A stretch of DNA of 64,000 nt from positions 38,031 to 102,030 of the forward strand of contig JALWJX010000082.1 of the NCBI GenBank assembly GCA_026996895.1, read 5' to 3'. Of the stretch, positions 1 through 10,380 are shown piece by piece (the stretch's first letter is position 1; every line of letters starts with the position of its first letter). Source of the stretch: Candidatus Kapaibacterium sp. (lineage in GTDB: Bacteria; Bacteroidota; Ignavibacteria; Kapaibacteriales; WFXC01). The notes below the pieces were generated by a model. That model saw only the letters and a list, made by a program, of their open reading frames with translations. It had not been told where the DNA came from and did no database searches. A program made the translations under genes and the position numbers.

Positions 1-621
1 GCCGGGGTTTCGTGATGAATTTTTCGATGTAGACTTCCGGATTACCGAATGCTGCTTCTGCCTCATTGCGAGCAGTAATCCACGCCCGTTCCAGCTCTTC
101 CGGCGTATGCACCAGACGCATTCCCTTGCCACCGCCGCCAGCCGCTGCTTTGAGCATCACCGGATAGCCAATCGCATCGGCAATTTCCTTCGCTTCTTTG
201 AGCGAATGCACACTCCCATCACTGCCCGGCACCACAGGAACCCCTGCTTTTTTCATCGTCTCCTTTGCGGCTGATTTGTTCCCCATCAGCGCAATGGCTT
301 CAGCAGACGGTCCAATGAAAATGATGCCGGTATCCTCACAAATCTGTGCAAAGTCCGGATTCTCTGCTAAAAACCCATAGCCCGGATGAATTGCATCAGC
401 ACCGGAAATTTCCGCTGCGGCAATGATCGATGGGATGTGCAGATAACTCTGTTGACTGCTGGCTTCTCCGATGCAAATCGCCTGATCGGCTAACCGCACG
501 TGTAATGAGTCCCGATCGGCTTTGGAATAAACCGCTACTGCTTCAATTCCCAGTTCGTGACAGGCTCGAATGATCCGTACCGCAATTTCACCCCGATTTG
601 CAATGAGCACTTTCCGGATCA
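1..621 (-). CDS. accC: Acetyl-CoA carboxylase biotin carboxylase subunit, N-terminal part. The gene runs off the window edge, and GTG is the likely start at 621.
   Basis: The minus-strand translation begins [33 protein letters not shown] and continues through [25 protein letters not shown], the ATP-grasp glycine loop typical of biotin carboxylase. It lies immediately downstream of accB. Confidence 0.9.
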
Positions 622-643
622 CCGCTGGTTCCTCCCGCAATTG

Positions 644-1171
644 TTAATCTGGCTTGATGAAGAAGAGTGGCTGCCCATATTCAACTGGCTGAGCATTTTC
701 TACCAGAATTTTCACAACTGTCCCGGCAATGTCGCTTTCAATTTCGTTCATCAATTTCATCGCCTCAACGATGCAGAGCGTATCACCCGGATTGACGTGA
801 TCGCCTACTTTGACAAACGGTTCAGCATCTGGAGCCGGCGCCCGGTAGAACGTGCCGACAATGGGTGACGTAATCACGTGGAGATTTTCCTCTTCTTCCT
901 TCACTGCCGGTTCAGACACCTCCGATGGTTGCTCTGCTGGCTCTGCTGATGCCGTTGCTGGCGTCGCTGCTGGTGCCTGCGGCATCGGCGGTGTTGGGGG
1001 AACAGCAGGATAGGGAATGGCAACGGGCGCTGAAACCGTATTCCCATTGCTTCCCTCTGAAGAATGCTTGGATAGCCGCAGCTTAAACGATTCCGTTTCC
1101 AGCTCCAATTCCGCTGCGGAACTGTTGTCGAACAGTTTCAGAAGCCGTCGCAACAATTGTAAATCCATCAT
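644..1171 (-). CDS. accB: Biotin carboxyl carrier protein of acetyl-CoA carboxylase.
   Basis: It has the C-terminal biotinyl domain with the [10 protein letters not shown] motif (biotinylated lysine) and a Pro/Ala-rich linker. It forms an accB-accC operon. The likely start is the internal MMDLQLL, which is preceded by an aaagggg ribosome-binding site; the longest ORF extends to 1198. Confidence 0.9.
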   Translation of the reverse strand: MMDLQLLRRLLKLFDNSSAAELELETESFKLRLSKHSSEGSNGNTVSAPVAIPYPAVPPTPPMPQAPAATPATASAEPAEQPSEVSEPAVKEEEENLHVITSPIVGTFYRAPAPDAEPFVKVGDHVNPGDTLCIVEAMKLMNEIESDIAGTVVKILVENAQPVEYGQPLFFIKPD

Positions 1172-1393
1172 CGCCCCTTTTCTCTGCGTAACAAACATAC
1201 AAACTTACGAAAACAGCGGTAGATAGCCGAGCGCTTGCCAATTCCTGCCATCGGTTCAACACCCTGCCCATCCCAACCAGCTCTTTTGTTCGCCAGCAGA
1301 CGACGGTGGAAAATTTTGCCTGTTAAATGACCTGTACAAAGCAGTTGGAATGTCGCAGATCATTGGATGGTTGAACAAAACACGGAAATCTGT

Positions 1394-2698
1394 ATGATGA
1401 AAGCGACTCGCCTGATCACACTGTTTCTATGTGCCAGTCTTTCGCTCTTTGCCCAGCGGTGGATCGATCAGTTCTACCCACGCCCGATTTTTCATATTAA
1501 ACTCAGCGATGAAGAGAAGCTGATGTATTTCAGCATCGAAGATCAGTTCGATACTGCTACTGTTGGATGTATGATCGGAGAGTTTCGCCTCCTGTTTGCC
1601 GATGGCACAGAACGGTTGATTCCTATCATTTATCAGCCAATCCCAGACGAAGGATTGTCAGGAGAAACAGCACCAGGGAAAGATGAATTCCTGGCTGCCT
1701 TGGCTCGAACAAAGACCTTTACCATTCCCGAAAATGCCCAATTGTTCTTCTTCCGCTCACTGCTGCGGGTGTTCAGCACTGAAAAAGAGATTATGCCGCA
1801 ATCGCAATGGGATGCGCTCGTGCGCCGCTGGGATGACCACTTCTGGATCACCCCGCCGGGATGGGTGCTGGACACGGTGATCTTTGTGACTGAACTGTGT
1901 CGCGCTTCAGATGGACAGCGTCTGGCAGTGCTGGACAGCGTTGGAATGTTGCCCAATCCCGACTCCTGGTATGTTCGCCCGTTCGGCACAGAGATTCTTC
2001 AGAATCGCCATTTCCGATCTCTCCCCGCGCAGTATGCTGGGACCGAAGCCTTTATCCGAATTGTCCCTTATCGCTATGGACCCACGCCGCTCGGTCTGAA
2101 GCTTTTCCGGGTATGGTCGTGGTGCTCACTTTCGACCCTGCGAGACTTCGACAGTGTATCGATCACGACTGGCTGGCAAAACTGGCGCATCCGCGGCGAT
2201 GATTGGGATTCTCTCTACGCAGCCTACTACGAACAGTTGCGCGCCTATCTGGACTCCGGTCTGGCTGCTTCCGGTACTCTCCCACCCCACACCGCAATCC
2301 TTTTGAGTGAAAAAATCAAAGAAGATTACTTCGCCCGGTATTCGGAAACAGAAAACGTTCTCCACAATCCAGAAAAAATGGCTGAACTATTAGCGAAAAA
2401 GCAGGTAACACCCGAATCTTCAGCAACTCCAACCAGACTCCAGCTCGAAGTACAGCAATCCGGCACCGACGCGCTCCTTGTCTCTGTTACCTCTCCTGAA
2501 CGAATATCAGACGCTGCTTTGATCCTGCTGGATGGAACGGGCAAACGCATTGCCGAGCTGTGGCGAGGCGAAATACCCTCCGGCTCCTTCCAGATCGAAG
2601 TGCCGTTACCCTCGCAATTAGCAGCAGGACATTATCTGGTGTTCCTGTCGAATCCGTGGGGACCGTCGAAAGGACGTGGTATTCGCATACAGCGGTAA
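1394..2698 (+). CDS. Hypothetical secreted protein.
   Basis: It has an N-terminal signal-peptide-like segment (MMKATRLITLFLCASLSLFAQ). No recognisable catalytic motif was seen. The longest ORF starts at 1367. Confidence 0.5.
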   Translation: MMKATRLITLFLCASLSLFAQRWIDQFYPRPIFHIKLSDEEKLMYFSIEDQFDTATVGCMIGEFRLLFADGTERLIPIIYQPIPDEGLSGETAPGKDEFLAALARTKTFTIPENAQLFFFRSLLRVFSTEKEIMPQSQWDALVRRWDDHFWITPPGWVLDTVIFVTELCRASDGQRLAVLDSVGMLPNPDSWYVRPFGTEILQNRHFRSLPAQYAGTEAFIRIVPYRYGPTPLGLKLFRVWSWCSLSTLRDFDSVSITTGWQNWRIRGDDWDSLYAAYYEQLRAYLDSGLAASGTLPPHTAILLSEKIKEDYFARYSETENVLHNPEKMAELLAKKQVTPESSATPTRLQLEVQQSGTDALLVSVTSPERISDAALILLDGTGKRIAELWRGEIPSGSFQIEVPLPSQLAAGHYLVFLSNPWGPSKGRGIRIQR

Positions 2699-2992
2699 GC
2701 ATCCAGCCGTGCCGGTTTGAAGAAAGGCTATAACGAAGATGCAAACGCAGGTTCAGGCGGTGGCTGATGATTCTGGTTGCAAGCGGGAAAGGTTATAACC
2801 GCAGGGCTCAAATTGTCACAAGCCTGCTCAGCACTGGTATCTCGATGGGGTTATGAGGCTGATCGGTGTGCTTTTGCATAATGGCGTTCCGCTGCTTTTA
2901 CTTTTGCACGTATCGGAACGCAGTCACGGGAACCCGATTTTGCCGACATTGCGTAATTTTGATTTTCCAATCGGCGTCAAAGGAGATGTGGA

Positions 2993-3700
2993 ATGGCATT
3001 AACAACCACCCAACTGGAACGGTGGCTCCACCCTCTGGTTGCCGCCGCCTTCCCGGAGCACAAAAACAGCGCCATTATGACCGCCCTGGAAACGGCTCTT
3101 GTCCGACATCAATGTTCCAACCTCGAGGATGCTTTCTTCAAAATCGACCTGCTCCTTCAATCAATCGCCACAGAGCTCAACGATACGCCGTGCTGTCAGT
3201 TAGACCTATTACAGTTTGAACTCACCGAGCGGGTTATCCGAACGACGCTCACCGCATACCTGCACCACCATTTTGCCCGATTTCCGGAAGTTGATCATCA
3301 GGATGCGGTACAGCAGGCGTTTCTCGCCCTGTATGCGGAAGCACCGGAAAACGTTCGCTCTTCGCCCCGGCGACTCTGGCGATATGCTTACACAGCCGCT
3401 CGAAACTTCCTGCTGCGCCAGGATCGGTACTATCACCGCTTTTTGCCTGAGCATCCTCACCTGCTGATATCACTCACCACGCCAGAGGATATTTGTGCAA
3501 GCCGGCTCGATTGGGAACGGATACAGGCCTTTGTCCAGCAGAGTTTTGGCACCCGGAGCTACCAACTCTTTCGCCTCTGGCTCGAAGGATGGACGTTGAA
3601 AGAGTTAGCGCAGCGCTTTCACATTGCAACGACCACACTCCACCGCCGATTGAAGGACGTCATCAATGCGGTTCGAGATCGATTTTCAAATCCGTCATAA
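2993..3700 (+). CDS. Hypothetical DNA-binding protein with a sigma-70 region-4-like C-terminal helix-turn-helix.
   Basis: The C-terminal segment WTLKELAQRFHIATTTLHRRLKDVINAVRDRF resembles the region 4.2 HTH of sigma factors. The rest of the protein is unassignable. Confidence 0.4.
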   Translation: MALTTTQLERWLHPLVAAAFPEHKNSAIMTALETALVRHQCSNLEDAFFKIDLLLQSIATELNDTPCCQLDLLQFELTERVIRTTLTAYLHHHFARFPEVDHQDAVQQAFLALYAEAPENVRSSPRRLWRYAYTAARNFLLRQDRYYHRFLPEHPHLLISLTTPEDICASRLDWERIQAFVQQSFGTRSYQLFRLWLEGWTLKELAQRFHIATTTLHRRLKDVINAVRDRFSNPS

Positions 3701-3744
3701 CGCAGAAGCAATGTGCCCTCACCCTCATCCTCTCCCGGAGGGAG

Positions 3745-3895
3745 AGGGAATGATGTTTGCCGACTAAAGTCGGCGCTCCCAGTGCCGGCGCTCCCGGTTT
3801 GCTGGAAGCGCACGCTTCAGCGTGTCTGGGAGCGCACGCTTCTGTGTGCATCGTCTTTGCCGACGAAACTCGGCGTTCCCCGGTATAGGACAGAC
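3745..3895. repeat. Cluster of REP-like hairpin repeats (unit TGCCGAC-N4-GTCGGCGCTCCC plus GGAAGCGCACGCTT modules) between convergent genes.
   Basis: The perfect short inverted repeat gccgacNNNNgtcggc followed by gctccc occurs twice here. It recurs at 20985-21300 in inverted orientation and at 58285-58445. Confidence 0.6.
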
Positions 3896-3896
3896 A

Positions 3897-5018
3897 CTAC
3901 CGCTTCAAGCGTCGATCTTTCCAGTAAACGTGGCGGGGAATGAGAAACAGCGGAAGCGAAACTTCCAGCAACTGAAAAAACAGCAGGATCGAGATCAGGC
4001 GTGGTCGCAGAATTTCCCACTGGCGCAGCGTACGCACTGCTGGCAATAGCAGCACCACATCGTAGACGCAGCGGGCTCCCAGCAGCACCATCGCCGCCAG
4101 TGGGGATCCCAGCAGCGCAGCGATCACGCCCAGCCAGTAGGCAACAGTCACCGTCATAAAGGCAACCGCTTTCCATCCCAGTGCTGTTCCCCCGTGCACC
4201 CAGCGATGGTGTTGTCGCAAGTATTCCCGGAAGGTTCGTAAAGGATACGTCAGCACGTAGGTCTGCGGTGACAGCATATATACGCACCGATATCCCTGCT
4301 GACGAACGGCTAAGAGCAGTGCTAAATCTTCGGTGAGCATTGAGTACGGGATCTGCTCCAATCCGCCAGTTTGCTGATACGCTGAATGGCGAATAGCCAG
4401 GTTGTTACCAAAGCATCCCAGCGGCACATTCCATCCCAGTCCAGCACGAGCCAGGGTGTGGTTATACAACCACTCCACCTGCTGCAACTGGTCGAACCAT
4501 CGATGGGCAACCATTGAGGAAAAGGAAGCGACACATCCCACTGCCGGTGATTGGAACGGCTGTACCATTGCTGCGATCCACGTCGCCGGGACAATACAAT
4601 CGGCATCGGTAAACAGCAAGATTTCTCCGGTAGCGTATCGAACCCCTGTTGCCAGTGCCCGCGCTTTCCCTACCAGTGGGCTATCGACAGACTGCGTACT
4701 GACCACCCGTAACCGCTGTCCGTATTGTTGCTGCAACTGGTGCAGAATCTCAGCCGTCCGATCCTCGGACTGGTCATCGACCACAATGACTTCAAAATGC
4801 GGATAATCATTCCGAAAAACTGAGTGCACACATTCCGCAATATGCTGCTCTTCGTTCCGGGCAGGAACAACGACCGACACCAGTGGCTGATACGCACCAC
4901 CGCTCTTTCTGCTAAACTGGCGCTCAAACTGCCGTGCTCTCCGATGCCCAAACCAGAAGAAACAGAACCGAATGGTCAGCAAACCAAAACCTATGAAGAA
5001 GAACCACTCCCAGCTCAT
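3897..5018 (-). CDS. Family 2 glycosyltransferase, membrane-integrated.
   Basis: It has the GT-A motifs VVVPARNEEQHIAECVHSV and TDADCIVP (DxD), with an N-terminal transmembrane helix and C-terminal transmembrane segments. Confidence 0.8.
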   Translation of the reverse strand: MSWEWFFFIGFGLLTIRFCFFWFGHRRARQFERQFSRKSGGAYQPLVSVVVPARNEEQHIAECVHSVFRNDYPHFEVIVVDDQSEDRTAEILHQLQQQYGQRLRVVSTQSVDSPLVGKARALATGVRYATGEILLFTDADCIVPATWIAAMVQPFQSPAVGCVASFSSMVAHRWFDQLQQVEWLYNHTLARAGLGWNVPLGCFGNNLAIRHSAYQQTGGLEQIPYSMLTEDLALLLAVRQQGYRCVYMLSPQTYVLTYPLRTFREYLRQHHRWVHGGTALGWKAVAFMTVTVAYWLGVIAALLGSPLAAMVLLGARCVYDVVLLLPAVRTLRQWEILRPRLISILLFFQLLEVSLPLFLIPRHVYWKDRRLKR

Positions 5019-5102
5019 AATGTTCAGTCTACCTTGCCAGCCTCACCGCCACTCCAACGTTTCAACTCCTTGCAATACGCCCCCTGCCACTTTCCTGCAA
5101 TG

Positions 5103-6782
5103 CTATGAAGAACGCATCTGCAGTGCCCGCCATCGGTTCAGCACAGCAGCAAATTCCTGCATCCGGAAAGCAGCAAAGTTATGCGGCGCCGCTGCCAATC
5201 CTTCCACTCCCCGATGCTCCAGAAAATCGTGCAGGAGATGCAAAATTTCATCAACCGTATGCCGGCCATCAATCCACTGCTTTCGCAGCGCCAGCTCTAA
5301 GGCTGCGGCTAAAGCATTGAGCTGTCCATCTTCCACTAACTGTTCAACAAACCGCAAATCGATAGCTGCTTTCCCGGCAACAATTGTTTCCATCCCTTTT
5401 GCTTTAATTGCAATTTCTCGTTTGCCACGACGCAATTGCAATCGGGAAGGATCTGGCACTCGCGGTTGAGGAAAAGGAAAGGGCGTTTCAGCCTCGACTT
5501 TTCGATGCGTCGGGTATTGCTGTGCAACTGCCTTTGCCTGCTCCGTCACATTCAAGGGTCGGTATTCAACCATCGCAATGACGGTATCAGCAACATCGAA
5601 ATAATCACCGCTCCCCCCCATCACCAGAATGGTCGACACCCCGTGCTCTTCATAGAGCTGCCGAACGCGATCGATAAAGGGGGTGATTGGTTCCCGGTCT
5701 TTCGCAATCAATGCCTGCATCCGGGCATCCCGGATCATAAAATTGGTTGCCGACGTATCTTCGTCGATCAGCAACACCTCAGCCCCTGCTTCCAGCGCCT
5801 CGATGATATTGGCTGCCTGCGAAGTGGAACCACTGGCGTTTTCGGTCGAAAAGTGAGCGGTATCGATTTTCATCGGTAAATGGGCAATAAATGGCGAGAT
5901 GTTCACATTGTGAACACACCGTCCATCTTCTGCCCGAATCTTCACCGCCGTGGGATTGGTGACCACGAACTCCCGCCCATCGCCGGGGATATGGAGATAG
6001 ACCCCCCGCTCCAGCGCTCGAAGCAGGGTAGACTTACCGTGGAATCCCCCCCCAACGATGAGGGTTACTCCCTCCGGGATTCCCATTCCCCGGATGCGAC
6101 CGTGGTGTGGCACTTCAAACTCACACTCCAGCTCCGGGGGGGACTGAAACGGCACTGCTGGGGGGGAAGGCATCGGGTCTTCAGAAATTCCGCTTTCCCG
6201 TGGCAAAATGCTCCCATTCGCAATGAATGCCACCAACCCCATTTCTGCCAGCCGGGAGCGGATCGTCTCCGCATCAATGGCAACTTCCAGATGCTTCTGC
6301 AAACGGTCCAGCGGCTGGCGATCATACGGCAACACCTCCATTACTACAGCAGGCAATTGTTCACACAGCAACGTTGCTGCCTGATACCCCCGGATGCGGC
6401 GTCCCGATGCCGGCAATTGAACGGTAAGCCGCACAACAACCTCATCACTGCTGATCAAGCACCCGGTACGGTCCAGAATCTCATTGCCCGGAGGATCGAT
6501 GGACAGTTCCGGATACGGACGGAGTGCCTGCCAGAAGCGCCGCTGGAGGAAGTCCCGTAGCGCTGTCCGCTGCACCGGCAATTCCATCAGCGCAGGAGGA
6601 TACTTTGCCACCTGTTGATCCATCCGAATCTGCACAACACTGGGCGGAGCAAATGGATCGGGTTGCACGCGAAGAAAGCGCAAATGAAATCCCGGAAAGT
6701 GAAACTCCTGATGCAAAAGTTCCTTATAGCCCCCATATCCCCGCCTATCCAGACGATGGAGCAACGACCGCAAACGATTCAT
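5103..6782 (-). CDS. Predicted ABC-class ATPase (COG3044-like ABC-ATPase domain protein).
   Basis: It has the Walker A motif GGGFHGKSTLLRAL. The N-terminus (LDRRGYGGYKELLHQEFHFPGFHLRFLRVQPDPFAPPS) matches, as I recall it, the conserved N-terminus of the predicted-ATPase-of-the-ABC-class family. Confidence 0.55.
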   Translation of the reverse strand: MNRLRSLLHRLDRRGYGGYKELLHQEFHFPGFHLRFLRVQPDPFAPPSVVQIRMDQQVAKYPPALMELPVQRTALRDFLQRRFWQALRPYPELSIDPPGNEILDRTGCLISSDEVVVRLTVQLPASGRRIRGYQAATLLCEQLPAVVMEVLPYDRQPLDRLQKHLEVAIDAETIRSRLAEMGLVAFIANGSILPRESGISEDPMPSPPAVPFQSPPELECEFEVPHHGRIRGMGIPEGVTLIVGGGFHGKSTLLRALERGVYLHIPGDGREFVVTNPTAVKIRAEDGRCVHNVNISPFIAHLPMKIDTAHFSTENASGSTSQAANIIEALEAGAEVLLIDEDTSATNFMIRDARMQALIAKDREPITPFIDRVRQLYEEHGVSTILVMGGSGDYFDVADTVIAMVEYRPLNVTEQAKAVAQQYPTHRKVEAETPFPFPQPRVPDPSRLQLRRGKREIAIKAKGMETIVAGKAAIDLRFVEQLVEDGQLNALAAALELALRKQWIDGRHTVDEILHLLHDFLEHRGVEGLAAAPHNFAAFRMQEFAAVLNRWRALQMRSS

Positions 6783-8551
6783 CGGACTACTACCCTTTTC
6801 TGGTATTTCCCCCCTTTGACCGAATCAAAGGTTATCTGTATCGGACCCGTACCCCGAACAATCCAGCTTACCCGAACAGCGCCGAAACCAGGAATACGTT
6901 CAATTTTAAGACGTTCAGGATGCGTCTGCTGCGCCTCAAAAGTTGGCGAAAACACCGTTCGATGCACTCCCCCCGCCAGTACTGGCAGTCCCTGCAGTGT
7001 AACAATGTCCGGCCGGGTAATTCTGTTTTTGACATCAACCTGCAAACGGGTGGGGAATGCCCGGTGGTTGTGAATAATCAGCGTGACGCGGTAGCGCTGT
7101 TGCCCCAAGGGAATCACCTGAACAGAGTCCAGCGTAATCAGCGGCAAATGGTAGGCGTGCCAGAGCGTAAAAATCATATTGCGATGGCATTCTTCTTCCA
7201 GCAGGAAGGAGGGGGGCATCCGCGTATACGTTTTCTTGAATCCCCCCACTTCTACCACCCCATACTGGGGGTGAGCAACAGGTTGCCAATCAACGAAGGC
7301 TTCGCCCAGCAACAGGTACCGATCAAATTTATACAGATCTTTGCCCGCCCCGAACCAGTTGTCTTTGGGATACTGCTTCCGAAACATATTGTATGGCGTC
7401 CACAGCTCATTGACAAACGGAAGAATTCCTTCCGCACCGTACATCCAGTCCGTTTCCCCCCCATAGACGGTGTACAAATCCCTGTGCGTCACCAGGTATC
7501 GGTAGCCGGGCAGAATTTGTTCACCGAACTTCCCCATCAGATCGAAAAGTTTCAAATCTTCTGATTCGATCCGATCCTCTTTCGCCCCCGGTCCCCGCAA
7601 AATCATCCCTCCGGCATTGTGATAGGATTGTCCCCCAAGGATGTTAGGATGGGATTTGATAAAATCGGAAACTGCTTTCGTTTCGGGGAGCGAAAACGGG
7701 AACCAATCGGCGCCGTACTGCACATAATGTGGGCGCCACATCCATCCCCAGTTGCGATTCGGATCGTAATACCCATCCCCATCTTCGTTGATCTGCCCAT
7801 CGCCGTCATTATCGTACCCTTCGGTCCAGAACAGATAGTACTCCCCCTCTTCGTCAGGGCGTGCTCGGACCATTCGTCGGGGATCTTCGGGATCCACCTT
7901 CCACCGCCCTCCCGGCGCTCGAACCCGCATCTGCGTAATGTACCCATCCCCGTTAAGATCATCCGGCGGATCCTCATTGATGAGACCGTCGCCATCATCA
8001 TCGCGCGGTACCTGCCCAGAGCGGGGACTATGGGGATTGTTCGCACTGTGCATAAACCGATCGCGGCTATCAGGACTCTGTCCCGGAACAATGTAGAAAG
8101 TACGGGTATCCAGCAACTCCGTGATAAATGGATTATTGCCATAGCTTTCTAAGAGAAACCACGCTGTATACAGCGCAACCTCCACTGCCTGAACCTCATT
8201 GGCGTGGATGGAAGCATCAATGTACATCGCCGGTTTGTCTTCCGGTTTCCCTTTCTGGAAATTGGTAATGGTCAAAGCCCATAGCGGGCGTCCTCCGTAG
8301 GATGTGCCAATCTGCTCCAACCGGCATAAATGGGAAAAGGTTCCAGCAAAGCGGTGGACTAATGCCGTAACCCCTGCCCAATCGTAGTACCGATTCCACG
8401 CCACCTCAATTTTCGGATTGTTCGGTGCCCCTAAGGCTTTCAGCGCCGACGGGACCATCTCAACACTTTGCGTCTGTGCCCTGCTGCCTCTGCCGGGAAA
8501 GCTGATAAGGATAACCACAACCAACCACCAGAGCTTCTGCCAGTTCATTGC
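6779..8551 (-). CDS. M14-family zinc carboxypeptidase with an Asp-rich calcium-loop insert; secreted.
   Basis: It carries the HANEVQAVE zinc-binding HxxE motif and a signal peptide (MNWQKLWWLVVVILISFPG). The inserted repeats DDDGDGLINEDPPDDLNGDGY and DNDGDGQINEDGDGYYD look like calcium-binding loops. The start is placed at the internal M preceded by a signal peptide; the longest ORF extends to 8629. Confidence 0.8.
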   Translation of the reverse strand, partial: AMNWQKLWWLVVVILISFPGRGSRAQTQSVEMVPSALKALGAPNNPKIEVAWNRYYDWAGVTALVHRFAGTFSHLCRLEQIGTSYGGRPLWALTITNFQKGKPEDKPAMYIDASIHANEVQAVEVALYTAWFLLESYGNNPFITELLDTRTFYIVPGQSPDSRDRFMHSANNPHSPRSGQVPRDDDGDGLINEDPPDDLNGDGYITQMRVRAPGGRWKVDPEDPRRMVRARPDEEGEYYLFWTEGYDNDGDGQINEDGDGYYDPNRNWGWMWRPHYVQYGADWFPFSLPETKAVSDFIKSHPNILGGQSYHNAGGMILRGPGAKEDRIESEDLKLFDLMGKFGEQILPGYRYLVTHRDLYTVYGGETDWMYGAEGILPFVNELWTPYNMFRKQYPKDNWFGAGKDLYKFDRYLLLGEAFVDWQPVAHPQYGVVEVGGFKKTYTRMPPSFLLEEECHRNMIFTLWHAYHLPLITLDSVQVIPLGQQRYRVTLIIHNHRAFPTRLQVDVKNRITRPDIVTLQGLPVLAGGVHRTVFSPTFEAQQTHPERLKIERIPGFGAVRVSWIVRGTGPIQITFDSVKGGKYQKRVVVR

Positions 8552-10170
8552 AACCTCACCGACACTGTTTGCCTGCCTGCTGACGGAGAACCAACCGTTA
8601 TCTTTGTCGTTCCGCGGCCAACGATCCACAACGACAGCCGCTGCTGCTCTCCCGGTTGTAACGGTTGCGGCAACACAAAGTGTTTCGGGCGGTTGAGCAA
8701 ATGCTGTCCATTCGCCAGATGCACCCGCACGTGCAACGGTCGGAGCGCGCGCACTGCTCTACCAACTACCGTGTGGGTTGGCAATTCACCGATGTTGCGC
8801 ACGATCAAATCCACCCGGTATACACCTGCCTGTTCCTGCTTCACCTGAGCAGAAAGGTGCAGGCGGGGTAATTGCCGGAGCAGTTCCAGCACAACCGGCA
8901 TCCATCGCTGTGGAAGCAATGGGAGAGTGTCCGGCGGCGGATTCCAGAGTGCAAAGGGAGCGAAGCCACCGACTTCCACGCGATGATCTGGAAAATCTGG
9001 ATGTGTTATTGACCGCCACGGGCGGAACAGAACGGTATCCTGCTGCTGTTGCGCCCACCGCAATGCTCGAATCTCGATCGGCTCAATTTCTCCCGGCAGC
9101 GTCATCGTGTCAACCGCTGGATACGCCCACGCCGGAGCGCAGAGGCTCAATCGCCCGGCATCATAGAACACCCACTCTCCGAAGCTCCCCGGTGGCACTG
9201 TTTCTTCGCCAACAAATGGGCAGAGAGAATCCAGCTGCTGCACCAATCGGCGATACGCAAGGGAATCTTTCCGAAATCGGTTCGGCTTCGTTGGGTTCTC
9301 TGGATACCGCAAACGCCACGGAAAGTGGATATTGTCATACGGCGTCCAGCCAAAGACAACCAGAATCTCCGGGTGCTGGAAGAGGAAAAATCCTATGGCA
9401 CGGGTTTCTGGCTCTGAAAAGGGATGGCGACCGTGGTGTGCACGATACGGTTGATAGCGATGCGTGAAGTTTCGATCTATGTTGACCCCGCCACGTGGAT
9501 CTTCGTTGATCTGTGCATCACCGTCATTATCCCGACCTTCAAGCAGGAACTGAAACGCTCCCACTTCTCCCCGAGCCCGATCGACTTTCTGCGCCAGCGC
9601 TGAGTCATCCGGATGGTAGGTCCACTCAGCCTCCGGGACGTCATAGATGCGCATCCACCGGACGACCCCATCGCCATCCAGATCTTCTCCATCATCTTCA
9701 TCAAATCGTCCATCGCGATCTTCATCCTCAGAACGCAGATTACCGGAATATGCCCGCTGTGGATGCTCAAAAAATCCCTCCAGCGGTTCCGGCGAAAGGC
9801 GGGGGATAAAATACACCGCTCGGCCCTGCAACAGTGCCTGAACCGAATCCCAGCGCGCTAAAAACTGTTGCAGTAGCCCCACGCACACTGCCGGACTGGT
9901 TACATCGGTCGGCGCGATACCACCGACAAACAGCACGGCTGGGAGCGTATCAGCAGGCATTGCCGACAATTTCACCGCAAGGATTGGAATACCTGAATGG
10001 GTCACCCCGATCGTATCGATTCGCACAATCGCAGGATACTGGGTTGCCAGTTGATGAAGTAACGCTCCTTCACTACGTGCCGGACGAAACGTTTGTGCCA
10101 GCAATGGTATCGTGTATCCCAGGAACAATATGGTAGCAGTCCACCTGTAAATCTTCCGCTTTTTCCTCAT
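8545..10170 (-). CDS. M14-family zinc carboxypeptidase paralog with an Asp-rich insert; secreted.
   Basis: It is a tandem paralog of the downstream gene and carries similar DEDRDGRFDEDDGEDLDGDG and DNDGDAQINEDPRGG loops. It has a signal peptide (MRKKRKIYRWTATILFLGYTIPLLAQ) and an aggag ribosome-binding site before the ATG at 10170. The longest ORF extends to 10200. Confidence 0.75.
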   Translation of the reverse strand: MRKKRKIYRWTATILFLGYTIPLLAQTFRPARSEGALLHQLATQYPAIVRIDTIGVTHSGIPILAVKLSAMPADTLPAVLFVGGIAPTDVTSPAVCVGLLQQFLARWDSVQALLQGRAVYFIPRLSPEPLEGFFEHPQRAYSGNLRSEDEDRDGRFDEDDGEDLDGDGVVRWMRIYDVPEAEWTYHPDDSALAQKVDRARGEVGAFQFLLEGRDNDGDAQINEDPRGGVNIDRNFTHRYQPYRAHHGRHPFSEPETRAIGFFLFQHPEILVVFGWTPYDNIHFPWRLRYPENPTKPNRFRKDSLAYRRLVQQLDSLCPFVGEETVPPGSFGEWVFYDAGRLSLCAPAWAYPAVDTMTLPGEIEPIEIRALRWAQQQQDTVLFRPWRSITHPDFPDHRVEVGGFAPFALWNPPPDTLPLLPQRWMPVVLELLRQLPRLHLSAQVKQEQAGVYRVDLIVRNIGELPTHTVVGRAVRALRPLHVRVHLANGQHLLNRPKHFVLPQPLQPGEQQRLSLWIVGRGTTKITVGSPSAGRQTVSVRLQ

Positions 10171-10380
10171 CACGCTCCTGACAACTTCCTGGAGCACCAT
10201 TTTCTACCAAAAAAGCAAGACAAACGAAAAGCGTCCCTTTTTCGTATAAAAAGAACAGCGCGCTCTGCGCAGGCAAAGGGGCACAAACGCTTAAAGGGCT
10301 CTAAAAACCCGACCCTTTCAGGGCACGAGCTGCTCTGGTACGGGGGTGTTTTACCTCCCCATCAAAAACCGCAGGAAGGA

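Noticed and set aside
5880-7564. Plus-strand ORFs of 226 and 346 aa overlapping the COG3044 ATPase and the M14 carboxypeptidase.
   Set aside because: They lie opposite strongly supported minus-strand genes (Walker A motif and HxxE zinc site) and have Arg/Pro-rich compositions typical of antisense frames in GC-rich DNA.
8778-9467. A 229-aa plus ORF and other ORFs opposite the second M14 carboxypeptidase.
   Set aside because: They are antisense to a gene with signal peptide, calcium-loop inserts and a paralog. They have no motif support.
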